DNA from: a virus
Virus record (IMG/VR): IMGVR_UViG_3300025093_000011
Coordinates: 49,199 to 113,198 of that record
Length of the DNA: 64,000 nt
Reading direction: 5' to 3' (one strand)
Made by a program: the position numbers and the translations under genes
Shown here: piece after piece, positions 28,201 to 35,836 of the stretch
How positions within the stretch are numbered: position 1 is the first letter of the stretch
Layout of the letters: each line of letters begins with the position of its first letter
The notes under the pieces: model-generated
The model's input: the letters and a program-made list of their open reading frames with translations, nothing else
What the model was told of the DNA's origin: nothing
Database searches by the model: none

Positions 28201-30868
28201 TAAAAAATTTAAGAAAAGAGTTACTGATGTATATGGTACAAGAAAAGAAGATGTAGATAGATTTATTTCAAACTTTAATAATGCTATAGTAGATTACATT
28301 TATCAAAATACAATGTCAGGAATGCCTGATACTGTAGGATTACCTCAAACTATTCCTAATGAAAATCCTTATAACCTACCTGTTGAGTCTGCAGAATTAA
28401 GTTATGAAAAACCTGTTGAATTTACAGATAGTAAAATTAAAGTAGACTTTAAAAAGATTGATGCAATTTTTAAAACTAAAAGATATCTATCAAATAATAA
28501 AAGCAGTACATCTTTTGCTGAATTAGGTTTGGATACATTTAAACAGAATGAAGATCCTTTTACAAATAAAGATTCTTTTGTAAAATATTTAATTGAGAAA
28601 GAATCTTTGTATAATCAATATGATGTAAAGGATTTTAAAAATAAAACTGAATATGAACAATTTATTTCTAAAAGAGCTTTATTAAATAACTTTAATCATA
28701 AATACATAATGGGTAGAACTAAGTATTCTTATACTCAAGATGTTGTAAAGATGATACAGTCTAATAAATTACTTATGGAAAGATATCCTGTATTAAAACA
28801 ATTGAATAGTTCATTCTTTATGAAAGGTGTTGGATATAATCTATTAGAATTAAGAGATAAAGGTATAATTGATTCAAGTACTTCAAACTTATACAGCAAA
28901 CAGTTAACTCAACTTGGAGATGTGACAGTTAAGAAAGTAAAAGATAAAGCTAAAAATAAAGAGATTAGTGATATATTTAAAAACTTTTTCTTAATAACCC
29001 TATATCAGCATGGTATTGGAAGAGGTATTATAAACTTTCCACAGATACAGAATCCAGAAACTTTTATGGAAATTATGAGTAATACTACTAATTCTTTCTT
29101 AAATAAGACTCTTGAATCTAAAGGTAGTGGTGAGATTTTCAACTTTATTACCAATAGACTTTTAGCTCCTAATGTTTATAAGAACTATGTTCAAAGTGCT
29201 AATGCATTTAATGGTACAAATATAGAAACTGACTCAATTCCTACAGAGGATTCTCAGTTACAAAAGTTAGAAGAAGATATTACACTCATAGAGTTTGGTA
29301 TTTCTATAGGGGCTGCTACTGAAGCTGAGTTAAATGCAGCTAGGGAAAGACTTAATAAGTATTTGGATCAAAATAAACCTAAACGTCCTAATAACTTAAA
29401 TGTTAAAAAAGGTAGTGGAGTTAAAATTATATCTGAACCTTATGGAGTGGCAGTTATTGAAACAAATCCAACAAAAACATTACAGTCTAAGTTTTTAGAT
29501 CTTATTAAACCTCAAATAAAAGCTCAAGCTATAAAAGAGAATAAAGGTAGAAATGCTAACTTGATGTTCCAATTTGGATTAAGATGGGCTAGAGTAGAAC
29601 TTTCTGCTCAACCTTTAGAAATTAATTCTCCATCATATGATTCTAATGCTAGAAAGAAAGAGATTGCAGCACTAGAAAAATCTAATAAAGATAAAACTGA
29701 TAAGTTTGTGTATGCATATCATCAACTAGATCAGAATGGAACTCTATTACCGGAACTATCAGAACTACAACCTATAATAGATGATATACAAAAATCTTTA
29801 GGAATAGATATGTCTAATTATGATGCAATGATTGGTAACATATATTTACCAGGACAAGCTGTAGCTACACATAAAGATGTTACTGAAAGTAAATCTGCAG
29901 AAAATTATCCTGTAATAGTATATACACTTGGTGCAGGAAATGCAATAAACATTTATGAAAATGTTAAAGATCCAGGTAAAGCATCATTCGCATCTGATAA
30001 AAAAGTTACTATACCAACTAAAGCAGGTACTATATATACATTTGGTTTAGAAGGAAAAGGTAGATTTGAATTAGCACATGATACACCAAGAGCTATACAG
30101 AAAGGTGAAGCATTAGAACCTATCACTCTTCCTGATGGTAAAGTAGTAAAAGATTATACTATTACACTTACTTTTAGAAGAGCAGCTGATTTAGATCCAG
30201 GAATGCCTAAGACACCTAAATCATTAATATCTACTCCAACTGAAGAAGTTGAAGAAGTAGATATACAACCTATTGATATATCATCTAATAGTAGAGGTCT
30301 TGGAGGTGCTCTTACTAACCCTACAGAATTATCTAAATCAAAAGGTAATATTGCTATGTCATATCCTGTTGAAGTTAGAGGTAAAAAATATCAAGATGCT
30401 GAGGCAGCATACCAAGCTTTAAAAGATAAAAAAGAGAGTACTACTAAACCTTCTAAAGATAAAAGTAGTAACTTTGCATTGATGACAGAAATATTAACTA
30501 ATAAACTAGATACTTATCCAAATCTATTTTCAGAGATTCAAAACAGAGGAGGTCTAGCATTTCTTAATGTATCAGTTCATCAACCTACTAATAAGAACAC
30601 TGTATGGGAAAGTGGAGGTCAGAATTGGTTTATAGAATCTTTGGCTGAAGCCTTTGTTGCAACTCAAGCAACATATAACTTGCAATCTATACAAGGTAGT
30701 TTATTTATTGATCCTTCAATATCTAATTATTATAATAGCTTAAGTAAGAAAGAAAAAGAAGATCTTGAATTAAGATATGGAAATGAACAGTTTGCTCAAG
30801 CTCAATGGGATAGTGCTCCTGCAAGTTTCACAATGGAACAATTTATTGAAATATTAAAATGTAAGTAA
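19280..30868 (+). CDS. Virion-packaged DNA-dependent RNA polymerase (crAss-like, double-psi beta-barrel type) with zincin, AlkB-like and NADAR-like domains
   Basis: 3862 aa. RIP...GSDFDVD catalytic motif (DFDVD at 26609-26623), comparable to DFDID of phi14:2 gp66. Also ADGAAF, HEAFH zincin, HKD...H...LTFR and YQDAEAAYQALK. Confidence 0.88.
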   Translation: MIKCTLGQPQFDWLYGSTKAAIKAELDNGKSFNVSSYMDFLYERIKKAEDADRAAQFLAVTPDILDLVISRNYADNIDNITGVEQLTKLRAKFSNPESNIDNVIEFFEKDNKVNLEINKQNKINTKGATVNKVDTKYKSGGPRLLANTILSATFPEYKSEGGKFDPETINPERNLINKTLSKIAESIDLQSSLLQFPEYQGKKIALRAVNMSSFTYGGTAEGRTNFSKLDSTTQDEIMRSRKLSSAAIAKSDVTQVNKRALIVVIDAETGKPLSFNFNGDIVDSKDINGKYVFQFMRDIQKVGNTYTVKDIYGIEDRVDTSNVDQKDLEDAYKLKQKALRGDGVVLNFLGMTEGVDSQLTKKEFSLKELMDQGQIKEKDLSTLKVLPKDSFGFKAGSTVIKINGTYYKLKGNRVTPVVDQIIDVLFSKKVGRKQKIEFYSQFIPENNKHRLTYTARRHVITPLKNGRIAIQIFDKVAKTEEGWPTVDGKTEGLTHTFFIAENGDVIDKTPMGEVVVTNPESVEELKNIFRDALNNAYAPPKGGASFMHYDTDLIERPNDFLEYRDGKFPSRNYIDFLMSQPSIVEIQASQKGFFNKQILFEESNKEVKKEDPNADLMGPKRTLSAEELALIDLSENLEKYRKLLPKQTTENYAVLSYILDQVTGNRYSEQLARDVFDLYNGPLQNTFTSAQVKEFNRKLNSLFPPITPEQNKKDIEDNQDDISGQTSLDLDLDRSGNLTSDTISKEDLKNANDFWKNSKLGKKLSKYIELNRAANIANSDAYAKFIIDGAQLLNPDVLGRIDINKAKGTLVDVYHEAFHGFTQLFLSKQEKIDLYNAVLNYKDKSGRKPYENMSELEIEEFLAEDFRTYMKGNYKRKSTLINRIFRRILNILKAIFGVKSKPVVSSLKVDAMAIPAVNELYTKLNFSEKYPGFLNKYKASIDNVMFYQLDRGVTAVDKLKNEKYRRTVLSKQDSDFMSSNIDSIISEEIDKFYDVKVGKSTNSELIAKYKGANISALLKPGNRAQIYKEVLKRLKDTLAELTDKHSTSENTISKIEDFEGIETAAVATLVVNEDDSTKDPNKYFFLSSQIDSFDNLTPNMKRGDRIKGETWQGVKIVGDYYVHNTIKDGSNRKAEIIVISELEDAEIQFDNYIKAGAKKYERVDVKEATEPELTIEDENVLNNMRLLETSIKNFGDPFYESKGGKPTGLIKYHLQNSDFEFGKVKYVVEEEVNEKGDELGESDSPVSEGLESMDPEYYDNKKSLYDLADSEVIYLLKGLFKVDSNGKPIKNSLGFNEREDFRSTWNLVSKSIGGIQDRQKAFDILKEEAELFPALKQLVDYKLPGPEGIKNTYAFDISSSFWHTFARPSAKFWQVSVIEGEPVLQESSPAAAKVLTNFKSYFKSFPNPYVKDQTLNLEKLVKSFSNNNGEINSKDFKSFLNALGIILDNTKKINTAIDNSDVQINKLFDLVKDIETISQKETLSKNEKILVSRFTQDPITTLQTLEWSKFMYLLPSFKTVQILAPVSTINLFANLQSKYGFDSPVENIILPDGNKAFAVTNHSSVSSMVDGINNLDELDNAWADTNSHMSFLDPSKNFFTNRSKLIASIFDPVTGKKIKGRELNFLAFAGLEVVDEMVAQGINTPDLVPIDKFYLAYNTMMQKGIGEFIRHAEKRMAFGIAPNEKSQVILDNGLKSGTDGLWISKDLFQNELEVSEGELMAIEGYLLDYIGVEFDRISFFKKNPEVLKNTIGFNRDVRGTKAGLTFGLTDDLLTKDIKKTLTGLAETLDENEDIVEYIKADSKLYDEISKSITNYFNQVAEETYKNYVSKIKSIPQDMVSVKAFVYNDYINKFEMFNLIHGDAVQFNHSKEQATKRAPGSTSNGDSFVYDEYAQDFINQVFQGENVNTYAKELSKELDDETIQDFNFDGTLNTGVIKDPKRKTVYMDELVEGWTEAYEKAGLTPQEIKYRLEKDRDPYEGIEEADGAAFATLDAYRMLKKLGGPNEWTSEQENLYQQVIKGEDTDPLKVKEAFPVYKLHYYGPLMNSEINTTLMYKFAVAPIIPTIAKSDTELYKLQKYMIENNFQMITMSTGSKVSTLTMNGEFDDIYLPSDNDYFKDKYINPNAKLANNKIHIRYLKNVTKVASKLKKTITKPTQERIMTISGLFKEGEINDKHREFYNEYKNAVDALTDAYEQEFLDEIGYEFKDGKYVGKLDNLIRVIRDELELKDVPVQLRAALDVDLNEQLSKDFSLHPEAGLVEKIVINRIAKALVRQKVKGEKDIQVPSTFYNGLWSSEYEQDPKIINDPKEIKKFLGSNNLPSYRRGDILKGKNGKILKDKDGYPLREKTKLAKIAVSINHGDFINLLNLEYKGKKIGTRQNLNKLIKDDKFLEEHGDKVRITGPRIPVDDLNLKDGFEVWHFLDASSANTVVVPTEIVAKEGSDFDVDALFLSFPTINKDGSFPIKVDFKKEYAKLKAENKSTKALIENQIGYAQNELIRTELNILTLADNYANLTKPNATYLISDEAEGFYKEYAQEFDPLANKNTTERYVSPTTVTNINYDVNKFAQLLGGAKPLGMLAKKKKQHVLYKYAGMAMPGQILIDDDVSYNYVPNFKFEYQKTSDGRISFSHENSVTNQDISTTFSHSFQGVLDRGNNPFPAYVNFTKDSLPVFNRMLESGIDKSIALALINQPIIKRFLNDLNETKGIVAVLNGQQSTKGEVLENILLGLSDNLRAIVYNAVDVANENRLDKILDSNEVSALDGKFSVKYLDGYTEQTEWKTYKTLKGLKTFIKKNSDNSYELVINESKLGNKTRVYQEKGLRFFAWSPNELADVLWKDSYGSNAPTVEELQNNISKLEPIASQKYLMDQAALLLYFLQIQNLSSDFEQFEIDFNPDTSILDTMASLDIYERNLNRLLKDPFSKLDTAGANRLMKESVLSSMNKYEIYKDIVIPLFPLRLNSRINFFLVNSLLDKKFKKRVTDVYGTRKEDVDRFISNFNNAIVDYIYQNTMSGMPDTVGLPQTIPNENPYNLPVESAELSYEKPVEFTDSKIKVDFKKIDAIFKTKRYLSNNKSSTSFAELGLDTFKQNEDPFTNKDSFVKYLIEKESLYNQYDVKDFKNKTEYEQFISKRALLNNFNHKYIMGRTKYSYTQDVVKMIQSNKLLMERYPVLKQLNSSFFMKGVGYNLLELRDKGIIDSSTSNLYSKQLTQLGDVTVKKVKDKAKNKEISDIFKNFFLITLYQHGIGRGIINFPQIQNPETFMEIMSNTTNSFLNKTLESKGSGEIFNFITNRLLAPNVYKNYVQSANAFNGTNIETDSIPTEDSQLQKLEEDITLIEFGISIGAATEAELNAARERLNKYLDQNKPKRPNNLNVKKGSGVKIISEPYGVAVIETNPTKTLQSKFLDLIKPQIKAQAIKENKGRNANLMFQFGLRWARVELSAQPLEINSPSYDSNARKKEIAALEKSNKDKTDKFVYAYHQLDQNGTLLPELSELQPIIDDIQKSLGIDMSNYDAMIGNIYLPGQAVATHKDVTESKSAENYPVIVYTLGAGNAINIYENVKDPGKASFASDKKVTIPTKAGTIYTFGLEGKGRFELAHDTPRAIQKGEALEPITLPDGKVVKDYTITLTFRRAADLDPGMPKTPKSLISTPTEEVEEVDIQPIDISSNSRGLGGALTNPTELSKSKGNIAMSYPVEVRGKKYQDAEAAYQALKDKKESTTKPSKDKSSNFALMTEILTNKLDTYPNLFSEIQNRGGLAFLNVSVHQPTNKNTVWESGGQNWFIESLAEAFVATQATYNLQSIQGSLFIDPSISNYYNSLSKKEKEDLELRYGNEQFAQAQWDSAPASFTMEQFIEILKCK

Positions 30869-31740
30869 TGGCTTGTATAAATAAATCAAATAAAACATAT
30901 CAAAATATAGAGAAACGTTATGGTGTATTCTTAGCTGAAGTCTATACAAGAAGTCATCCTAAGAATCTTTCTATGAAAGCTAATGATGATTTTTATATTC
31001 CTTCATTAAGTGAGGTATCTAAAATTGTTAAAGCTGAAGGTATTGATACTATAGAAAACTTTGATGCAAATATGAAACAAAATCCTTATATGACTGAAGA
31101 GTTTATAAGGGATTCATTAAAAGGAGTTATTAGAAAGCATAGAGGTGAATACTATGTAATTAAAGGTATAGATGTAGGACCTTTGCAAACAGCAATCTCT
31201 ATAAAAGAAATCTTTGAAAAAAATTATAGAGTAATGAATACTCTACAATCAAAGTATCCTCAAATAATATCTTTAAGACAAGGACGTAAGCCAAGAAGTT
31301 TTAAAGTTATTATAACTCCTCAGCAAAAACCTGAAGAGGTTGAAGAAAGAACTATAGAACCTAGCTTAAGAGCATATGCTAGATTAGTAGAGCTTAATGA
31401 TGGAGCACAACCCAAGATGTTTCAGAGTGGTCCGCATAGATGGCAAAGAGTCGGAAATAATCTATATACTCTTATAGATGAAGACACTGGAGCTGTGTTT
31501 ATGCCAAATGTTAATTTAGTAACAGGGATGCAAGAAGTTGAATCAAATACAACTCCTGTAAATCCTGAATATAAAAAGTATGTACTAAACCAAGTTAAAC
31601 CACTTAATACATCAGCTATGCAAGTATACTTAGCTGAAAGGGGTTATAATATGAATTTAATTATAAAAAACTTAGAATCTGCAGAAACTCAAGAAGAACT
31701 TCTTAGAGTATATAAAGATTTTGTTAAAACTGTATGTTGA
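30868..31740 (+). CDS. Hypothetical protein of the ejected-protein cluster
   Basis: 290 aa, TAATG-coupled to the RNAP stop. Cys only at residues 3 and 290. Confidence 0.75.
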   Translation: MACINKSNKTYQNIEKRYGVFLAEVYTRSHPKNLSMKANDDFYIPSLSEVSKIVKAEGIDTIENFDANMKQNPYMTEEFIRDSLKGVIRKHRGEYYVIKGIDVGPLQTAISIKEIFEKNYRVMNTLQSKYPQIISLRQGRKPRSFKVIITPQQKPEEVEERTIEPSLRAYARLVELNDGAQPKMFQSGPHRWQRVGNNLYTLIDEDTGAVFMPNVNLVTGMQEVESNTTPVNPEYKKYVLNQVKPLNTSAMQVYLAERGYNMNLIIKNLESAETQEELLRVYKDFVKTVC

Positions 31741-31741
31741 T

Positions 31742-34700
31742 ATGGCAACTTGTCCTAATAAAAATAGTAAAGAATGGAAAGAGATTCTTTCAGAAGCACA
31801 AAACAATGAACAAATTGCAATGGATCTTTGGATTAAAAAAGGATTCAATCAGCAAGAGGATTTAAACGAAGATGCTAAAGAGGGAGATCTAACTAATGAG
31901 GAAATAGAAGCACTGCAAGAGCTTGATCCTATGCAAAGATTAGCTCAAAAGACTAAAGTATATCTTCAAAAAAGAATTAATATTCTTTCAAATCAGAAAG
32001 TTAAAGACGTAGATAGAAAAACAAATAGGCTCAAAGAACTTTTACAAAACATGAAAGCTGTAGAGGAAGTTGAGTCAATAAATCTATTTATCGAAGAAGC
32101 ATATAAAATGTCTCAACAGTTAAAGCAAAGAACAAAACAATTTTTGATTGATGTAAAGAAAGAGGATGTTGATAGAAAAGAACTTATAGAAGCTTTAACT
32201 AATATAAACGAGTATGCAAACAGTTATAATATATTAGATGAGATATCTAGTGAAGATCTTTTTGATTTCTTTCAGTTAGACGAAGACGCTGAACAAAAAA
32301 TGTTTGAAGAAGATGAAGAAGGGAATGTGAAATTAAGTATGAAAGAAAAACTAGAAAGAGCAGTAACTACTAGAAATATCATACGACAAAGAATGCTGGA
32401 TGAAGGCATACCTTTATTAGCAGAGTTTTTATTAGATGCAAGATCAAAATACAGTGCTGAAGGTTTAGAAAAAGAAATTGCAGCAAAACGAGCAGAGATT
32501 GAAAAAATAAAGAATGATGTAACTAATGAAAAAAGAAGAGATAGACTTATTCAAAAAGTAGAAAGACAAATAGATCTTTTAAGCACGAAGGCTCAAGATA
32601 AAGATGGTATGATTAAGATACTAAAAGAAGCTGCTATAGAAGAAGGAGTCTTAGACTTTTTAGTAGGGCCATTAATTAGTTCACCTGATAGTGCTGTTGC
32701 ATTATTTGCTAAAGCAATTAAAGATCAGTTAGAGTTTGCTAGATTAAAAGATATTAATATTAAAAGAGAATTGACTGACGAATATTTAGAATACAGAAGT
32801 CAAGCTCCGGGATCAACTGACAATCCTCAAAAATTTAATGAAGGTTTATATACTGTAGTAGAAGTACCTGTATATGAAACGGTGCAATCAAAAAAGAATC
32901 CTAACTATTATTATAAGACGGTTAAGAAAGATGAGGCTGGTAATATAGTATATAAGAAAGAGGTACACTTTGTTGAAAGAATAGATAGAAAGAAATTTAA
33001 AGCTGCACAAGCCCAATGGTGGGCTGAAAACCCTAAGCCGCATGCAGATAAAATACCTGAGCAATTAACATCATCAGAAAAACAAGATGTTAGAAATTGG
33101 GAAAATAAAAAGAAGCAATGGTATAAAGAAAACATGACAGAGAAATCTGCAGAAGCTATTAAAGCTATTGATGATAAGATGAAGAATGAAAGAGATGCAG
33201 AAATCATTAGTAAAAAACAATACGCAAACTGGTTTAACAATGAAAGGTTTAAAGAGATACAAGAACCTTCTTCAAAGTATATAAGTGAGAAGTGGTTAGC
33301 AATGTATAACAAAGATGGTAAGCCTAAGAATGCAATGGGAGAATATCACAAAGCACTTACCGATACTTACTACGGTGCTCAAGAGTTATTACCTGAATCA
33401 CAACGAACAGGTTCTAGAATACCATCTATTCCTAAGAAAGATTTAGAAAGGTTATTAGATGAAGGAATTAGTAATCTAGTAAAGACTAACATTAAAGAAA
33501 CTATTTCTATACAAGCTTATGATACAGAATACGGTGGCAACATTGCAACTTTGGGAGGGGAAGCTGTGAAGTTCTTACCTATATTCTTTACACAAAATAT
33601 TGATGAATCAGATATAAGCTATGATTTATTAAGTTCTGTTTTATTATTTAGTCAAATGGCAAATAAGTATGACGCACTGAATGAAGTTAATGGTGAGATA
33701 TCTTTAATGAAACAAGTTATATCTAAAAGAGCTAATCCGAAATTTGATGAGGTATCTGGTAAGAAACAATTTGATGTAGTGGCTAAGAGATTTGGCCTTG
33801 AAGAATTTATTGTTAAGAGTGGAGAAAGTTTTACTAAAAAACATTTAGATGCATTTATTGATATGATTGTATATGGAGAGATGCAAAAGAAAGAAGTTCT
33901 CTTGGGTTTACAGTTTGATAAAATAACTAACACAATAACCGGATTTTCTGCACTAACATCTATTGCAGCTGATTTACTTAAAGGTGTGGCTAATAACTTA
34001 CAAGGTAATATACAATTAATTATAGAAGCATCGGGAGCAGAATTCTTTAGTGCTGCTGACTTAGCAAAATCTAAAGTTCAGTTCATGGAGAATGTTGCGG
34101 GAACATTAGGAGACTTTGGTAAACCTAGTCCTACAAGTTGGATGGGTAGACTTAATGAGTTATATGACCCTATACAAGGAGACTTTACTGATAAGTATGG
34201 AAGAATTGTTTCTGCAAGTGTAGCAAATAAACTATTTAGAACTAATACATTATTCTTTAATCAGTACTTTGGGGAATATGAAATACAAGTTTCAGGAATG
34301 CTAGCATTAATGAATGCTACAGAAGTTAGAGATAAGGAGAATGGTACTAATATAACTATGTATGAAGCACATAAGAAATATGGTCCTGATTCAGGTGATT
34401 TAAATGGGAAAGTTGAGTGGATTACTCAGGATAAAGATGGGAATAATGTTTATGAGGATTTTAATGAAAAGCATAGGAGATCTTTTCAAGATAGAGTTCA
34501 TGCATTAAGTAAAAAAATGCATGGTATATACAATACCTTTGATAAAGGTACTGCACAAAAGCAATCTTTGGGCCGTCTAGCTTTGATGTATAGAAAGCAT
34601 ATGTATCCTGGATTTAAAAGAAGATGGAAACAGTATTCTTGGGATGAGGAACTTGGTTCAGGGACTGAGGGTCACTATAGAACCTTTTGGAATACTTTTG

Positions 34701-35203
34701 TTAGAGATTTAAGAACTTATAAATTAAATGTTGCAAAAGAATGGAGTACATATACTCCTATGCAAAAAGCAAATATCAGAAGAACTCTTTCTGAGATAGG
34801 TGTGTTCTTAACAATTGTAGGTTTGATAGGTATTCTTTCAGCTATGGCTTCTGATGATGGAGAGGATAAAGAAAAGTATAAAGACAATTATCTTTATAAC
34901 TTTCTTCTGTATGAAATGGTTAGGATGAGATCAGAGACAGCTCAGTATATTTCTCCTAAAGATATGTGGAGAACTATAAAATCACCTTCTGCAGCTTTAA
35001 GTACCTTAAGTAGATTCATAAGATTTACAAATCAGATACTACCTTGGAATATTACAGAAGAGTATAAAAGAAAGTCAGGTATTTGGGAGAAAGGAGATAA
35101 CAAAGCATGGGCATACTTTATTAAATTAATTGGTCTTCCTGGTTATAATATTAAACCACAAGATGCAGTTAAAGTTTATGAGAACTTATCTAGAGCAATT
35201 TAA
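31742..35203 (+). CDS. Large ejected protein with a C-terminal transmembrane segment (last gene of the RNAP cluster)
   Basis: ATG at 31742 (MATCPNKN, 1153 aa), 1 nt after the upstream TGA, is preferred over the TTG at 31721. Hydrophobic stretch IGVFLTIVGLIGILSAMAS. Confidence 0.78.
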   Translation: MATCPNKNSKEWKEILSEAQNNEQIAMDLWIKKGFNQQEDLNEDAKEGDLTNEEIEALQELDPMQRLAQKTKVYLQKRINILSNQKVKDVDRKTNRLKELLQNMKAVEEVESINLFIEEAYKMSQQLKQRTKQFLIDVKKEDVDRKELIEALTNINEYANSYNILDEISSEDLFDFFQLDEDAEQKMFEEDEEGNVKLSMKEKLERAVTTRNIIRQRMLDEGIPLLAEFLLDARSKYSAEGLEKEIAAKRAEIEKIKNDVTNEKRRDRLIQKVERQIDLLSTKAQDKDGMIKILKEAAIEEGVLDFLVGPLISSPDSAVALFAKAIKDQLEFARLKDINIKRELTDEYLEYRSQAPGSTDNPQKFNEGLYTVVEVPVYETVQSKKNPNYYYKTVKKDEAGNIVYKKEVHFVERIDRKKFKAAQAQWWAENPKPHADKIPEQLTSSEKQDVRNWENKKKQWYKENMTEKSAEAIKAIDDKMKNERDAEIISKKQYANWFNNERFKEIQEPSSKYISEKWLAMYNKDGKPKNAMGEYHKALTDTYYGAQELLPESQRTGSRIPSIPKKDLERLLDEGISNLVKTNIKETISIQAYDTEYGGNIATLGGEAVKFLPIFFTQNIDESDISYDLLSSVLLFSQMANKYDALNEVNGEISLMKQVISKRANPKFDEVSGKKQFDVVAKRFGLEEFIVKSGESFTKKHLDAFIDMIVYGEMQKKEVLLGLQFDKITNTITGFSALTSIAADLLKGVANNLQGNIQLIIEASGAEFFSAADLAKSKVQFMENVAGTLGDFGKPSPTSWMGRLNELYDPIQGDFTDKYGRIVSASVANKLFRTNTLFFNQYFGEYEIQVSGMLALMNATEVRDKENGTNITMYEAHKKYGPDSGDLNGKVEWITQDKDGNNVYEDFNEKHRRSFQDRVHALSKKMHGIYNTFDKGTAQKQSLGRLALMYRKHMYPGFKRRWKQYSWDEELGSGTEGHYRTFWNTFVRDLRTYKLNVAKEWSTYTPMQKANIRRTLSEIGVFLTIVGLIGILSAMASDDGEDKEKYKDNYLYNFLLYEMVRMRSETAQYISPKDMWRTIKSPSAALSTLSRFIRFTNQILPWNITEEYKRKSGIWEKGDNKAWAYFIKLIGLPGYNIKPQDAVKVYENLSRAI

Positions 35204-35204
35204 G

Positions 35205-35354
35205 ATGGTTCTAGAATTTTCTATATATTGGCCCCATGATAGATGTATGTTGGGATGGGAACATATAGGTTCAACAGATGAAGAACCTATAAACTCCTAT
35301 ATCTTACACTTAACTATCCTGACACTGAGCCTTCATCTGCCGGATAATTCATAG
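35205..35354 (+). CDS. Small hypothetical protein (49 aa, MVLEFSIYWPHDRCMLGWE...)
   Basis: ATG lies 1 nt after the upstream stop and the composition is protein-like. Confidence 0.5.
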   Translation: MVLEFSIYWPHDRCMLGWEHIGSTDEEPINSYILHLTILTLSLHLPDNS

Positions 35355-35526
35355 TAGCAAATCTTTTAAATTTATTTAAATTTCTTTTATTTAAACCTTC
35401 AAGATCTTCTACATCTACTTTATAAATTTTAAATGTTTTACTTTCATCTTCAGTAACTAGTGCATACTTATGATCTGAAGATACATATTTTACATAAACA
35501 GTTTTGTTATTATGTTTTAGTTTCAT
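35314..35526 (-). CDS. Small hypothetical protein (MKLKHNNKTVYV...)
   Basis: Internal ATG of the 80-aa track ORF; overlaps the end of the 59-aa upstream ORF. Confidence 0.55.
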   Translation of the reverse strand: MKLKHNNKTVYVKYVSSDHKYALVTEDESKTFKIYKVDVEDLEGLNKRNLNKFKRFATMNYPADEGSVSG

Positions 35527-35689
35527 TCTTGATTTTTTTAGGATTAGATAACTCATCTCTCATATCAGAGAGGATTTTGTTGAACATCATTTTCTCATTA
35601 CTATTCAGCTTTTCATACCATGATGCAAAATCTCCGGACTTAATTTTAAGATATTCTTTGTGTAAATCATATAAGCTTCTACTTTTCAT
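35510..35689 (-). CDS. Small hypothetical protein, 59 aa (MKSRSLYDLHKEY...), absent from the ORF track
   Basis: Translated by hand: ATG at 35689 to TAA at 35510, just below a TATATTTATA promoter-like box. Confidence 0.55.
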   Translation of the reverse strand: MKSRSLYDLHKEYLKIKSGDFASWYEKLNSNEKMMFNKILSDMRDELSNPKKIKNETKT

Positions 35690-35703
35690 AATATAAATAT
35701 ATG

Positions 35704-35729
35704 AAAAAAGGAGGACTTACATCCTCCTT
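35704..35729 (-). terminator. Intrinsic terminator
   Basis: AAGGAGGA-N6-TCCTCCTT hairpin with a U-tract on the - strand. Confidence 0.65.
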
Positions 35730-35787
35730 CTCCCCTAATTAATCAAATAAATAATATGAGACACTATAAATATAGTAAAATTTTCTT

Positions 35788-35827
35788 TAAATAAAAAGGA
35801 GACATTACATCTCCCTTTTATTTTTTG
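35788..35827. terminator. Bidirectional intrinsic terminator
   Basis: TAAAAGGGAGA-N7-TCTCCCTTTTA flanked by A and T tracts, right after the stop at 35837. Confidence 0.75.
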
Positions 35828-35836
35828 AACTTTAAA

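Noticed and set aside
31721-31741. TTG start giving a 1160-aa protein
   Set aside because: It overlaps the upstream gene; the ATG at 31742 follows the stop by 1 nt and gives MATC, parallel to MIKC and MAC.
1309-33933. Short - strand ORFs and alternate-frame ORFs within the large + strand genes
   Set aside because: They are shadow ORFs fully nested in long genes, with composition typical of antisense frames.
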